Below are positions 13,976 through 30,283 of a stretch of DNA of 64,000 bases, one piece after another. Position 1 is the stretch's first letter. Each line of letters starts with the position of its first letter. The notes beneath the pieces were generated by a model. It was not told where the DNA came from, did no database searches, and saw only the letters and a list, made by a program, of their open reading frames with translations. The DNA is from Eledone cirrhosa (Eukaryota): positions 141,732,001 to 141,796,000 of the forward strand of contig OZ024741.1 in NCBI GenBank assembly GCA_964016885.1, written 5' to 3'. Made by a program: the position numbers and the translations under genes.

Positions 13976-14922
13976 AAGATTATTCTCGTTAGAGAATAGA
14001 ATAACCTGTAATGAATTCTATATGACCTCTTGGAATAAAATGGCTAGTTTCTATCACACCGTATCTAAGAAACCATTTGAAAGGAACTTTATTTGCCAAT
14101 AACTGAGTTTTTAATGCATCTTTTTTCAATGTATTATTGTACGTATAAGGATTTAATGATAAATCGATTATAGCATATGTTGAACTCATAAACTGATTGC
14201 TCTAAATCTACATCAATAAATAATATACAACCTAGAAGAATACAAGTAAGTCTTTGTATCCTCTTAATACGAGCTTCCATAAATATTTAAATTCGGTATG
14301 TTTATGAGATAGTATCTCGGTGAAACGGCCTTTTGTTTAATAAATGGGATAAGTAGCATTGATATTATAGTAATTGATTACATCTAATTTACTCCTCAGT
14401 CTTTTAAAATTCACTCTAAACCTCAGTCAAAGGAAATCAATAATATACAGATACAAATTCAATCGATTTTAAACCTCCCAATAAATAATGGCATTATGTG
14501 TATTGCTCCTGGAATCAGTAAATACAACCATAAACTAACAATTAATGTTCGTAGAAATTATGCAATGCATTTGATACTATAGTATATGTTCTGAGAGAAC
14601 CAGGTCATATTCCAGCAGATTATCAGATGTTCTTATTGCACCCGAATCGTATGACTATGTAATCTTCTCTTCGTCTTCGAGTAGTTTCTTCCCATATCTC
14701 CAACAGCACTCAATAACTGCGTATAAGTGTATAGATATGTGTGTGAGTGTGTGCATGTATGTATATAAATATGTGTATATATATATATGTATATATGTGT
14801 GTGTATATATAGTGATAAAGACAAGCAGCTTCTACAGTCTATCAGTTTTTCAATACGAGAGCCGGTATAGAGCCTGTTCACATCTAGCTGCCCGATTCCC
14901 ATCTTTGTCTTTATCTCTAAAT

Positions 14923-15003
14923 GCTATCTGATGAACTCCAGTCGATGGTTACGTGATGATTACATCACCTAATCATTGACCCCAGAGAAATATGTATAAT
15001 AGC
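14923..15003 (+). ncRNA. Type I hammerhead ribozyme with extended stem II
   Basis: gctat CTGATGA actccagtcgatggttacgtgatgattacatcacctaatcattgaccccaga GAAA tatgta TA atagc, followed by AATAAA. Confidence 0.75.
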
Positions 15004-15280
15004 TGAATAAATGTATGTGCAACTTCATATGGCCTTCACTAATATCTACTGTATGTAAACTCCACCTTAGACTACAAAAACGAATCTGGATTGGTACATG
15101 TCGTTGCGTGGTTTAATCCATTGGCCTCACCGTTGACTGATTGAAGTGTGGATTGCACACCTTTAGTCAGTTAACACCTTTTAAAAATTATACATATATA
15201 CAGTATATATATATAATGTACATATAAGTATGAAATATATATACGTGTATATGTAAATATATGTAATATATATATGTATG

Positions 15281-15354
<74 letters not shown>

Positions 15355-16959
15355 TCGTTTATATTTTTATACCTTATATATATACTCGTTTATATTTTTA
15401 TACCTTATATTCTCCGCGTAGCCATTTTCTATCTAGGCATTCAATTATATGCTTGAAGTACTTTGTGACATTGAAGTGTAAATTATGTTCTATATCCATT
15501 ATATCATTTTATAAAACCAAAAATGCCATTTGCGTTTTAAGTTTTGCTGTTTACTTATCAATTTATAGATATCTGTCAGAGAAATAAAATAAAAAAGGTT
15601 AATAACCCACATTCAAATTGAAATAAGATTTCTATAATCATCTTAATACATACATGTGTAGCAGACAATTTGTGCTTAAAATATGAAGACATTTATATGC
15701 CTGTCTCCTTCAGAACTCTTTGTCTTTGGATGAAATACATAACTATCGTAAAAGTGTCACATTCATTTAAAGTGATATTTAAAATATGTTAAGAACATCT
15801 ATTATTTTCTCCCTACTGTTTTACTTGAGTACTGTTCCGTTCGTTATTTTTCATTGTTTCATATTCTCTAAGCTGTTAGTGAGTAACGTCGATATTAATA
15901 AAAGAACATTCTACAACACTTACAACTAGTAAATGAAAAAAAAAGAGAACAAAGTACTTCATGAGATTTAGCCTTCTTAAGTAATGTAATAGAGAATTGA
16001 TTTTCACTTACTGTCAGCATATTAATTAACCAGCTTCTGGTTTTAATTAGTTTCACTGAAACTTCTCGCGTGTCTAATTACAGGATTCCACTTGCAATAT
16101 GTATTTACCAAATATTTTAAGAAAATTAATTCCAATTTTTTTCATAGTTAATATATAGTTTGTTTGATATTTAATCTAAAGTGACGCTAGAAATTTGGCT
16201 AGAACTAAGCTACTGCCAAAAAGAGATCTCGATGCGCTTTTAATTCCCATTTGAATGTAAACCTTAATATTTACTGGGTAAGAGATGGCTGCTGTACTAC
16301 GACCAACTAGTCAGTAGTATAACTGAGCGATAACAAACTTGACCAAACTAACAGTCATACAAGGCGGATTGCTAGGGTTGAGATCGTGATACGCATAGAT
16401 TTTGTCCTTATTTGTGAATTTTTACATCGCCAGCATGGTCTAACTACTACACATTCAGTGTAAAAGAACACCTTAGCACGCTTACATTATCATTCAAGAA
16501 TCACATAGATAAGTGCAGGAGCACAAAGAAAGATATCGTAACCAGGAATAGTAATATCTCAGAATCATATGTATTAAGAACTAAACTCCCACCCCAAAAC
16601 AACACGCTAGACTTCAACGCTCAATCGTTAACATAAATATTCCCACTGCCACACTACATTCCTTTTCAAAATTAAATACGACTATAGCTTAGAACACTTA
16701 CCACGTGATCCACTCACCACATCTAGCATTTGGGAAAAAAACCCGTCACTTTCAAATTCAAAACCTGCAGCTTACGAGCAACACGACATACATCTCCGAA
16801 TTAGTTTTCTCAATTATTTTTTTATGAACGGATTTTATCTTTAAATATAAGGACCAAAAAATAAGGTAACTTCCCAACATCTTTATTATCATCATAGTTT
16901 TAGCAATTAAAGTCCAATTTATATTATGGTAGCCTTTTAATAAAACATTATTTTCTAGT

Positions 16960-17130
16960 ATCAGTAGAGGGTCGGACGCCATGCTTTGATGCAAAGAGTT
17001 ACGTCCCTTTACGATCTGAGTTCAAATCCCGCCGAGGTTAACTTTGCCTTTCATCCTTACGGGGTAGATAAAATAAAGTACCAGTAATGTACTGGGTAAT
17101 TGCTAGCCTTGTGCCACTAATAGAAACACT
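16960..17130 (+). mobile_element. tRNA-type SINE, family 1
   Basis: ctttacgatctgagttcaaatcccgccgagg...ctttgcctttcatcc; nearly identical to the reverse complement of 34803-34980. Confidence 0.75.
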
Positions 17131-17344
17131 TATTTTCTATACTTTATACAATGTTCCAAGCAACCTTCATAATAAGTATATATGAGAACATTTTGTTATG
17201 TTACAAACACCATCGTAATAATGAAACTTTTATTAATTTTTGTATGTCCCTGTAACGTTTTAATTGATATACAATGTATTTCATTAGTAATATAACAAAA
17301 AATTAAATAGGTAATGTTGTTTACGTTTTGATAATGTAAAGGTT

Positions 17345-17374
17345 TTATTTGTCTTCCTATTATTTATATTTTAG
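17345..17374 (+). promoter_or_regulatory. Probable 3' splice acceptor for the receptor coding exon
   Basis: Pyrimidine-rich ttttatttgtcttcctattatttatattttag|G, 213 nt upstream of the ATG. Confidence 0.55.
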
Positions 17375-17587
17375 GTATCTCTACAGTGACACCTTCATGA
17401 GAACCGCATTATTATACATTCTTCATTAAATTGAGCAGTCATGTGAACAGAATTCCTTTAATGAACATCGAATGATCTTATTCAAATTTGAATAGGAAGA
17501 ATATCACTTCTGAAGAGTTTGTTTCCAGAAACGTAAAACGATATTAGAAATAGTAGTTACATGCATATGAACATACCATGAATAAAG

Positions 17588-19027
17588 ATGGAGAATGTTA
17601 CTGACTATTTCGAGGTTTTGGGTAATGTAACAACGGAAAATGGCATATCACCCGGTTACGTTTCAATCAGTGTTGATCCCCTTTTCCCTCAAAGTGAAGA
17701 AACGTATTCGCTCCCAATCAAAATCATTATTTGCATTGTACTTTCAATTATAATCATGGTTACTATTGCTGGGAATGTGTTTGTTATTGCAGCAATCCTT
17801 TTGGAGAAGAGCCTTCGTGGCGTTTCTAATTATCTAATAATGTCCCTCGCCGTGACGGACTTGATGGTAGCTATCTTGGTCATGCCCATAAGCGTTGTCT
17901 ACGAAGTATCTCCGGTTTGGAACTTTGGAGCTGCAGTCTGCGACATGTGGATAAGTTTCGATGTTCTCTGTTGCACAGCTTCTATTTTGCACTTGGTGGC
18001 AATAGCTTTTGATCGTTATTGGGCGGTATCGAATATAGATTATATTAGACGGAGATGTGCCAAACTAATTGGCTGCATGGTTATTGCTGTGTGGGTAGTC
18101 TCCGTTTCAATATCGATACCTCCATTATTTGGCTGGAAAGATGACAACGATCCAGATATCACAAAACGCTGCTTGATCAGTCAAGATCTAGGTTATACAA
18201 TATTTTCAACTTTGGGCGCTTTTTATTTCCCCTTAATATTAATGCTAGTTCTAAATATCAAAATATATGTCGCTGCCCGAACACGAATTCGAAAGAAAGG
18301 GTTTTACGGATACCGTCGACCTGTACCTGTTTCAGCGATTACAGTGACAATGACTGAGGGACAGAATCTCTCACCAAACTCTTCTGGAAGTGATATTAGT
18401 CATGAACGATACAGTGCCTACAATGGATCTTGTATGAATATGAATGAACTAACACGGGTGAATAGTGTTATGGAATTGACTGATGAACGGGAATCTGCAA
18501 TACAAACAAGCCCAACTACTGCTACAACAGCAACACCAGCTTCGTCAACATTAACACTAACTGCTCCACCTACACATGGACGAACAAAATTAGCTGAAAC
18601 ATCAGTTAATCAATTATCTGTTCCATCGGGACCAAAACCCAATACTGGGTGTAGGACTTTAATTTCTTCAAAGAACCAGAGACAGTCAGCGAATGGTCAC
18701 GTTAAACGAATACGTCAGCGTGAAAGAGAACGGGTAAAGAAAGAAAAAATTGAGATGAAGCGGGAAAGGAAGGCAGCCAGAGTAATTGCTATTATAACTG
18801 GTGCTTTCATGGCCTGCTGGTTGCCTTTCTTTATGGTTGCCTTGATTGGACCTTTTTGTAAAGATTATTTTGATATTCCTCCTGTTCTGATGAGTCTGTT
18901 TTTGTGGCTTGGTTACTTAAACAGTCTTTTGAATCCTATCATATATACCATTTTTAATCCAAGCTTCCGGACGGCCTTTAGGAAACTAATATATGGAAAA
19001 TATAGAATGAGATCCCAATGTCGATAA
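17588..19027 (+). CDS. Class A GPCR, 5-HT1-like serotonin receptor (intronless CDS, 479 aa)
   Basis: Seven TM segments; GN in TM1, SLAVTD in TM2, WISFDVLCCTASILHL with the amine-binding Asp, DRY, FSTLGAFYFPL, long ICL3 ending KRERKAAR, CWLPFF, NPIIY, short C-tail, N-terminal NVT sequons. Confidence 0.93.
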   Translation: MENVTDYFEVLGNVTTENGISPGYVSISVDPLFPQSEETYSLPIKIIICIVLSIIIMVTIAGNVFVIAAILLEKSLRGVSNYLIMSLAVTDLMVAILVMPISVVYEVSPVWNFGAAVCDMWISFDVLCCTASILHLVAIAFDRYWAVSNIDYIRRRCAKLIGCMVIAVWVVSVSISIPPLFGWKDDNDPDITKRCLISQDLGYTIFSTLGAFYFPLILMLVLNIKIYVAARTRIRKKGFYGYRRPVPVSAITVTMTEGQNLSPNSSGSDISHERYSAYNGSCMNMNELTRVNSVMELTDERESAIQTSPTTATTATPASSTLTLTAPPTHGRTKLAETSVNQLSVPSGPKPNTGCRTLISSKNQRQSANGHVKRIRQRERERVKKEKIEMKRERKAARVIAIITGAFMACWLPFFMVALIGPFCKDYFDIPPVLMSLFLWLGYLNSLLNPIIYTIFNPSFRTAFRKLIYGKYRMRSQCR

Positions 19028-19247
19028 TAAAAAATGAAAGCAGTTTCAAAATAAACCAACAGCTATTCCTAAATCTAATTATTCATTTAATAATTGAAAT
19101 TTATCCACAATTCTCATATTCTTTTATGTGGTATATAATGATTACCAGAAAAAAATTTGCGAAATATTTTTAAATGTTCAGAAATAGAGAAAGTGTTTCA
19201 AAAAGATTTTTCGTCAGTTGAAGTTTTGTATGGAACGAAAAAAACAT

Positions 19248-19256
19248 GTGTATATA

Positions 19257-19344
<88 letters not shown>

Positions 19345-19455
19345 CTATTCGCATATATGATATATATACTATGTGTATATATATAAATTTATAAATACTA
19401 TATATATATACATGTGTATGTGTATTTATTTATATATATTCTTATACATATGTAC

Positions 19456-19539
<84 letters not shown>

Positions 19540-19575
19540 AGATATAAATATATATATGTATATATGTATATATGC

Positions 19576-19667
<92 letters not shown>

Positions 19668-19670
19668 CGG

Positions 19671-19704
<34 letters not shown>

Positions 19705-19798
19705 GATATATATATATATATAGGCATATATATATATAGGTATATATATAGGTATATTTATTTATATAGATATATACATATATGTATATATATATAGG

Positions 19799-19837
<39 letters not shown>

Positions 19838-19934
19838 GTATATATATGTATATATATATGTATATATATATGTATATATATATATGTATATATATATATA
19901 TGTATAAATATATATGTATAAATATATATGTATC

Positions 19935-20017
<83 letters not shown>

Positions 20018-20064
20018 ATATACATATGTATCTATATATATGTATATATATGTATATATATATG

Positions 20065-20099
<35 letters not shown>

Positions 20100-20352
20100 G
20101 TATATGTGTATATATATATATTTATATATATATATATATACGTGTATATATATGTACATATATATATGTATATATATACAGTATATATATACATGTATAT
20201 ATATACATGTGTATATATATACATGTATATATATATACATGTATATATATATATACACGTATATATACATTAATATATATATATATACATGTATATATAC
20301 ATTAATATATATACATGTATATATATATATTACTGTATATATATACATGTAT

Positions 20353-20403
<51 letters not shown>
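19248..20403. repeat. Compound (TA)n/(TG)n microsatellite
   Basis: About 1.15 kb of interrupted TA repeats downstream of the receptor stop. Confidence 0.95.
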
Positions 20404-20406
<3 letters not shown>

Positions 20407-20696
20407 ACATATGTTATATTTATTATTTTTATTATTTGTTATTACAGACTAAACAGTAGGGCAGTTTTACCGTTCTACAGCTATTTCCCTTGTGATTCAA
20501 AGAACATATCCCATGGGATATAGTTCACCCCAAATGTTATTTTTGTTGTTACATCGGCTAGAGAAATGTTCTGACATTAGCCGGAGTTCATTGTGATTTA
20601 TCAATACTAGAAACTGTGATGATTCAAACAAAATTCCTTCAGTGAATATAATACATTTTTTTTTATTCTATTATAACCCAATCTGTTATACACTTT

Positions 20697-20729
20697 ATTA
20701 ATAATAATGATGATGGTGAAAATAATAAC

Positions 20730-20794
<65 letters not shown>

Positions 20795-20807
20795 TAATAA
20801 TAATAAC
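20697..20807. repeat. (AAT)n microsatellite
   Basis: Directly visible. Confidence 0.9.
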
Positions 20808-20839
20808 TAACTATCAATATCATCGTTATTAGTCGTCGG

Positions 20840-21060
20840 AAATGGCCATGCTAGTATATATCCCAGACTGGATGTTTTAATGTATCTAGATTGGTACTTT
20901 ACTATTTTGAGTTCAAATCCGGCCTCGGACAACTTTGCCTTTCTTCTCCATGACTGGGACGGTAAATAAAATACCAGTAATATACTGGGTCGTTTTTCAA
21001 TCGACTTTACCCCTCCAACATACCTAAAAGATTGGCCTTCCGCCTCAGAAAAAAGAAAAC
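20840..21060 (+). mobile_element. Diverged tRNA-type SINE, family 1
   Basis: tgagttcaaatccggcc...aactttgcctttc...accagtaatatactggg. Confidence 0.6.
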
Positions 21061-21447
21061 AATAATAATAATTGTTCTTTATATATATATTATCGTTATT
21101 ATGTATTTTCTTATTTCATTACTGATTGTCTCCCTTTGTAATACGCCAATGTTATATAAAAATGTAATGAGGAGAATTCAATACATCCCATCTGCATATA
21201 TTTTAACGAAATAAAAAGAAAATATAAATTGAATTAATTTTATATACGAAATTGCCAGTATCTCTGAATAGGGGATTTTATGAGGGAACTGCTGAATCAA
21301 TATTTCAAATAATTCATGCAACACACCGATGGTAAACTAAGTAAAAAAAATTATATTTTGTCATAGTAAAGCAATAAATAAACTGTTGTATAATATTTTG
21401 CCATAGTTGACGTCACACCCTGTGAAAGCGCGTGGCTTAGTGGTTAA

Positions 21448-21651
21448 CTCTTAACGTCTGCATTAACAAAACCTTCTTGAAAGTATAAAGCAGCACTATA
21501 CTTACATCATTTTAAGGATTAAAGTCTTTCTTCGACTATGACAAATTTTCTCAAAGATCGCTCTACTAATGAGCGATATTATATACACGTGAATTAACAA
21601 ACTCATTTTTAGATATTTCTTTTTTATCAAATCATTACAGAGTGTTAAGAG
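21448..21651. mobile_element. piggyBac-like MITE inserted in a SINE head
   Basis: TTAA|ctcttaac...gttaagag|TTAA; interrupts the family-2 SINE that starts at 21421 and resumes at ~21656. Confidence 0.6.
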
Positions 21652-22690
21652 TTAAGTTGTTGGGCTCAGAATTGCAAGGTTGTATGTTCGATTTTTGAAC
21701 AGGGATGTGCGTCATGACCTTGACTAAGACACTTTATATCATATAGTTATAGTTATATATACAGAAATTGTGTTGCGACGACCCTGGTGCCAGGCTGAAT
21801 TGGCCTATGTCTTTCTAATGTCATGGTAAAGGTAAATTTCATACAGGGAGTGGCAGCTGGTCATCCTCAAAGCACGTTGTGTGGGCTTCCAGAAATTACA
21901 TATGGTCAGACATTTTTAAAACACCCAGTGATTTCGGGCTCCAGGGTTATATTATATTCTTTATTAGTGAAAAGGCTGAAATGCATGCTTCTTATTTTTA
22001 GCAGGAGACTTACTCTGGTAAACATCCGCGGGAACAAAAGAAGGTTGATCACCAGGAATCTCACTTCTCTTCTTTATCAATTTCGGGCTTTATGCCTGAG
22101 TGTAAATATCTTTTGTAAATGTTGTTTAAATCTGATTATATTTTCGCATCAGACCAAATATGTTTGTTAAGTTAAGTCGGTATATTGTTTATTATTTTAT
22201 TTTCAAACATTTAACAGAAAAACAGTCATGATCGGATGAAGACAGTTGTGGAAAAACTTATTAACTTAACTATATTTTTAATAAAATTTAGAACACATAA
22301 TTAAAAAATATATGCCTAATGTTAATACAAATTAATTTTTTTGATATTTTCAATATAATCTCTTACGAATGATTCCAAAACATCTGTCACTATATTTTTT
22401 CTTGTGCGTTTCTACCATAATGTTTCATAGTTTGTTATTTTCCATTCTTTATATTCTGTTGCTTTCTCACACTATCCCTCTGTCATTTCCTACTTTACAA
22501 ACCGATATCGTTATTTATTTAAATAGTAATTTTTATTTCATTACAGTTGTTTCTAAAGTCTTCATCTGCAAAACATTGATGACATCATTTCATTTCAGAA
22601 AATTCCTTTCCTCACTCATTCTCCCACATACACACTGATATTCTAGCTCAAACTATCATTTCCATACTATCTAGATCAATCTACTTTATG

Positions 22691-22692
22691 TA

Positions 22693-22734
<42 letters not shown>

Positions 22735-23163
22735 AGTATGTATGTATGTATGTATGTATGTATGTATGTATGTATGTATGTATGTATGTATGTATATGTA
22801 TGTATGTATGTATGTATTCATATGTATATATGTATGTATTCATATGTATATATGTATGTATGCATATGTATATATGTATGTATGTATACATATGTATATA
22901 TGTATATATGTATATATGTATACATACATATGTATATATGTATGTATGTATACATATGTATATATGTATACATACATATGTATATATGTATGTATGTGTG
23001 TATACATATGTATATATGCATGTATGCATGTATGCATGTATACATATGTATATATGTATACATATGTATATGTATGTATTTATGTATACATATATATGTA
23101 TGTATGTATGTATGTACACATACATGTGGATGTATGTATACATACATATGCATATATGTATGT

Positions 23164-23227
<64 letters not shown>

Positions 23228-23268
23228 ACATACATAAATATATTTATGTACGTATATATATATATATG

Positions 23269-23353
<85 letters not shown>

Positions 23354-23355
23354 AC

Positions 23356-23389
<34 letters not shown>

Positions 23390-23508
23390 ACATACATATA
23401 TATATATATGTATGTATACATACATATATATATATGTATGTATATGTATATACACATGTACATATGTATGTATATGTGTATATACATGGGTGCATGTGTA
23501 TGCATATG
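22691..23508. repeat. Compound (TATG)n/(TA)n microsatellite
   Basis: Directly visible. Confidence 0.95.
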
Positions 23509-23981
23509 CGCGGGGACATAGAAATAGTCGGGCTGGACACCCGATCGCGCGGTTCAACCACTGGGAGTGAAGGACCCCTAGCCTTTGTCAGGGCATTCTT
23601 CTAGGAGAGGGCAACACAGGAAACTGGGATAACTCCGATATAAAACCTGCGGCTCAGTAGCTACCGATGATGTTGATCTTTTCTTCTTTTCGGGTTATAG
23701 CTACTGTCGCTCAGAGAGTGGGATTGGCTCAGTGCACAGTCTTTCCTCACTTTAAAAAATATCTTCACGCACAGGCATTGCACGATAGAATTAATTAATA
23801 ATTATTAATAATGTTATATCGTGCAATGGCCATACTCGATAACGAGGGGGCAGCCATCATATTTATCTGTATGTATATGTATGTATGTATGTATATGTAT
23901 ATATATGAATGAGTATATATATATATATATGTATGTATATATATATATATGTATGTAGGTATATGTATGTATATATATGAG

Positions 23982-24012
<31 letters not shown>

Positions 24013-24442
24013 GTATGTAGCTATATATATGTATGTAGGTATATGTATGTATATATTTATATGTAGGTATATATGCATATGTATGTAGGTATATATATGT
24101 ATGTATATATTTATATGTATATATATATATATGTATGTATGTACGTATGTATATATGTGTAGTGCCTTTGCTCACTATAAATGCTTCATGGCACAGGCAT
24201 TGCTTTATATCTGGAGATCTCTCTGCACTTGTCGTCACATGGTACCATGGTACCAGCACTATGTGTCAATAATTGTCACAAGTGTAGTGTTTGTACCAGA
24301 GTTTTCAAGTCGCTGGCTGGACTAAAAAGTCACACTTGTTTAGCGCATCGCTAGGGGTTCTCCTACAGGGATATAAAGTATTGGCCGTACTCGAAAACGA
24401 GTTGGCAGCCACCATGTATATATGTATGAATATATTTATATG

Positions 24443-24502
<60 letters not shown>

Positions 24503-24505
<3 letters not shown>

Positions 24506-24661
24506 AGATTCAGGACCCCGACGGCTGAGTTCCGGCCGTTCCGGACGTAGCTGTTGAAACGGTGGAGCTCAGTCGTCGGGGTCCAGCATCTGACTCTACT
24601 ACCCCAAGTATCGAGTACTCTGGTGCGTTATGGTCCACCTGGTATCTTACCACACCTTCGT

Positions 24662-24662
<1 letters not shown>
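24503..24662. mobile_element. Palindromic mini-element, family A (diverged)
   Basis: ggaccccgacggctgag...ctcagtcgtcggggtcc plus a tail homologous to 33808-33886 and 28158-28235. Confidence 0.7.
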
Positions 24663-24695
<33 letters not shown>

Positions 24696-24698
<3 letters not shown>

Positions 24699-25226
24699 GG
24701 GTTGGACAAAATAATGGAAACACCTACCATCATAGCATCATAATTTTAAAATATCTATAAAACCGTCAAAAGCTTTTTTTTTTTTTTTATTATTAGTGTC
24801 GCTTAATATGTTTTGTTAAAATTGCTGTTTCTTTTCAGATATCATCAGAAAAAGGTAATTAAGATTCATTAAAGTGACAGATCTATCGGACTTTCAAAGA
24901 GGTCAAATTGTTGGTGCTCGTATGTAACGAAAACAACCGAAATGTTTGGTGTATCAAGAAGTACTGTCTCGAGAGTAATGACAGCCTTTGAGAAAGAGGG
25001 AAAAACCTCCTCATGGAAACAAAACTCCAGAAGAAAACCAAAACTTTCAGATAGGGACCGTTGAACTCTTTCGCGAATTGTTAGAAAGGATCACAAATGT
25101 ACAGCTCCCAAAATTACTGCAGAGCTTAATGACCACCTCTAGAACAACAAAATAAACAAACTTTTGACGGTTTTATAGATATTTCAAAATTATGATGCTA
25201 GGTGTTTCCATTATTTTGTCCAACCA

Positions 25227-25229
<3 letters not shown>
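24696..25229 (+). mobile_element. Internally deleted Tc1-like DNA transposon
   Basis: TA|caggggttggacaaaataatggaaacacc...ggtgtttccattattttgtccaaccactg|TA TIRs; transposase N-terminal remnant DLSDFQRGQIVGAR...FGVSRSTVSRVM...TAPKITAELN. Confidence 0.88.
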
Positions 25230-26893
<1,664 letters not shown>

Positions 26894-27203
26894 TCATATA
26901 TACATATATATATGTATATATTTATAAGTGGAATAGAATGAAACGAAATGTCATTTCTCACTCTTAGTACGGCACTTACTTAAATGTAAGTATGTATGTA
27001 TGTATACGTACATACATATATCTATACAGACGTACAGTAGTATGTATATATATACATACATGCACACATATATACATGCACGTATCGGTTTACCAAACAT
27101 TTATTATAATGCTCGGTTTGTTTATTTGTAAACAAACAGCCCGAATTACGCCGTACAGTGTTTAGACAACCACGTCACCTTTTTGTTCAATACTGACACA
27201 GGA

Positions 27204-27246
27204 ACGATGTACTAGTTTCAAGCTTATTAGCTATCGTCAGCATCGT
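27204..27246 (-). ncRNA. Minimal type I hammerhead ribozyme, family C
   Basis: acgatg CTGACGA tagctaataagctt GAAA ctag TA catcgt: 6-bp stem I, agct/agct stem II, palindromic CTAG. Confidence 0.85.
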
Positions 27247-27721
27247 ATACCTTCCTGCCAGATGGTTGAACGCCTGAAAGTATATACTTTCCTTATGCAT
27301 ATTAACGGCTGAGCAGCCTAATTAGCATATCGAGTGAGTTCAGTCGGCCGGGCACACCGAATTACGCCGTACAGTGTTTAGGCTGTTTGTTTGTATACAA
27401 ACAAACAAACCGAGCATTATAATAAATGTTCGGTAAACCGATACGTGCATGTATATATGTGTGCATGTATGTATATATATACATACTACTGTACGTCTGT
27501 ATACATATATGTATGTACGTATACATACATACATACTTACATTTAAGTAAGTGCCGTACTAAGAGTGAGAAATGAAATTTCGTTTCATTCTATTCCATTT
27601 ATCGTTTTCGGTGTTCCCGGCCGACTGAACTCACTCGATATGCAAATTAGGCTGCTCAGCCGTTAATATGCATAAGGAAAGTGTATACTTTCAGACGTTC
27701 AACCATCTGGCAGGAAGGTAT

Positions 27722-27764
27722 ACAATGCTGACGATGGCTAATAAGCTTGAAACTAGTACATCGT
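27722..27764 (+). ncRNA. Minimal type I hammerhead ribozyme, family C
   Basis: acaatg CTGACGA tggctaataagctt GAAA ctag TA catcgt. Confidence 0.8.
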
Positions 27765-28100
27765 TCCTGTGTCAGTGTTGAACAAAAAGGTGACGTGGTT
27801 GCCTAAACACTGTACGGCGTAATTCGGGCTGTTTGTTTACAAACAAACAAACCGAGCATTATAATAAATGTTCGGTAAACCGATACGTGCATATATATAT
27901 ATATGTGTGCATGTATGTATACATATACATACTACTGTACGTCTGTATACATATATGTATGTACGTATACATACATACTTACATTTAAGTAAGTGCCTTA
28001 CTAAGAGTGAGAAATGAAATTTCGTTTCATTCTATATTCCATTTATCGTTTTCGGTATTCCCGACCGACTGAACTCACTCGATATGCAAATTAGGCTGCT

Positions 28101-28412
<312 letters not shown>

Positions 28413-28738
28413 TATAAATTTATATAATATTTGTTATATATATATATAACAAATAGTATATAAATTTATATATACTGTATATATACATATCAATTTATAT
28501 ATATATATATATATATAAATTTATATAATATTTGTGATATATATATATATAACAAATAGTATATAAATTTATATATACTGTATATATACATATCAATGTG
28601 TATATATATGACATAATTATAACATATCTATATAACATATATATATATAATATATATGTATGATATATATGATATGATATATATATGTGTGTGTATGTGT
28701 GTGTGTGTGTGTATGTGTGTGTATGTGTGTGTGTGTGT

Positions 28739-28773
<35 letters not shown>

Positions 28774-29786
28774 TATTTTTCTTCGTTCAAATAATTAATT
28801 ATTAAGAATTTATTTGTACCCTAAGAAACAATTAATTATGCCACAATTCTTAGTGAGGTGAATCGTTATCTGCGGAGAAACTGATGCAAATTTCGTTTTT
28901 TCTTTTTTAATTATATGCACATTGTTTTTTTTTCCTTAATATTATGGGGTTTACGTATTTAGATAAACCTTAATGAATGCATGCGACTCGGATGGACTAC
29001 GGCAAAAATCGGACACGTCCCTTATCGTCATCTAACATCTAGAGTTAACTATTATTTCGGTGCTATAAATTAGGATCTTTCACTCCAGCGCACAAGGGTT
29101 TGTAATATGACAAAACATGACAACATAATATAGTAAAATGAGATATTATTTGTTTTCAGCTAGATACACAAATAAAAAGGAATTGAGTACTTACAAACCA
29201 GGGTGTTTTTAATTCAAAGCGAAATGCGGGGAAAAACTAATGTGTGACAAATTAGCCGAACGTTGATCCAGCAAGGAAACAGCATCATTTATATATATAT
29301 GGGGTCTGTGCGTGTGTGTGTGTGTGTGCGTAAAACAAATTGAGATGACAGATAAGAATTCTTAAAACATTTAATACTTTACAACTGTTTCAACACATCA
29401 CTCAGTAGAATAGAAAGCCACTATAAACATAATAGAAAAAATAATAACATATAGAAATATACGTATATATTAAACTTCAGAAGTATATCAAATAGCCAAA
29501 TTCAGCGACAGCCAGAACAGAATGGAGATGTGTTATACAAATGAAGTCTACAATTTGAAATTAAAGGATATACTGAACTCTTTCGAAAATAACAAATGTC
29601 ATCACTGAAAATAACATACCAAAGGAGGTAACGTTCATTCAAAGTTTTGTTAAAAATTACATATTAGTACCACCATGTAATCACCTATTCGAGAAATTGA
29701 TACGGATGCGAATAATTATTATTTAAGTTATATATATATATATACATATATTAAATGTAATTAAACTCAGGAATGAACGAAGATAG

Positions 29787-29825
<39 letters not shown>

Positions 29826-29831
29826 TCGCCG

Positions 29832-30283
29832 ACCTTTTGTTCAACACTGACACAGGAACGATGTACTAGTTTCAAGCTTATTAGCTATCGTCAGCATCGT
29901 ATAACTTTCTGTCAGATGATTGAACGTTTGAAAGTATATACTTTCCTCATGCATATTAACAGCTGAGCAGCCTAATTTGCATATCGAGTGAGTTAGTCAG
30001 CCGGGCGTACCGGAAACGATAAATGGAAAAGAATGAAACGAAATGTTTAAGCTTGAAACTAGTACATCGTTCCTGTGTGAGTGTTGAACAAAAAGGAGAC
30101 GATGGTTGCCGAGCACAGTACGGCGTAATTCGGGCTGTTTGTTTACAAACAAACCGAACATTATAATAAATGTTCGGTAAACCCATACGTACATATATAC
30201 ATATATATATGTGTGCATGTATGTATATATATACATACTACTGTACGTCTGTACACATATATGTATTTACGTGTACATAGTTA

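Noticed and set aside
19373-23604. Long YI/CV/HT-rich ORFs here and throughout the track
   Set aside because: They are translations of (TA)n, (TG)n and (TATG)n microsatellites, not genes.
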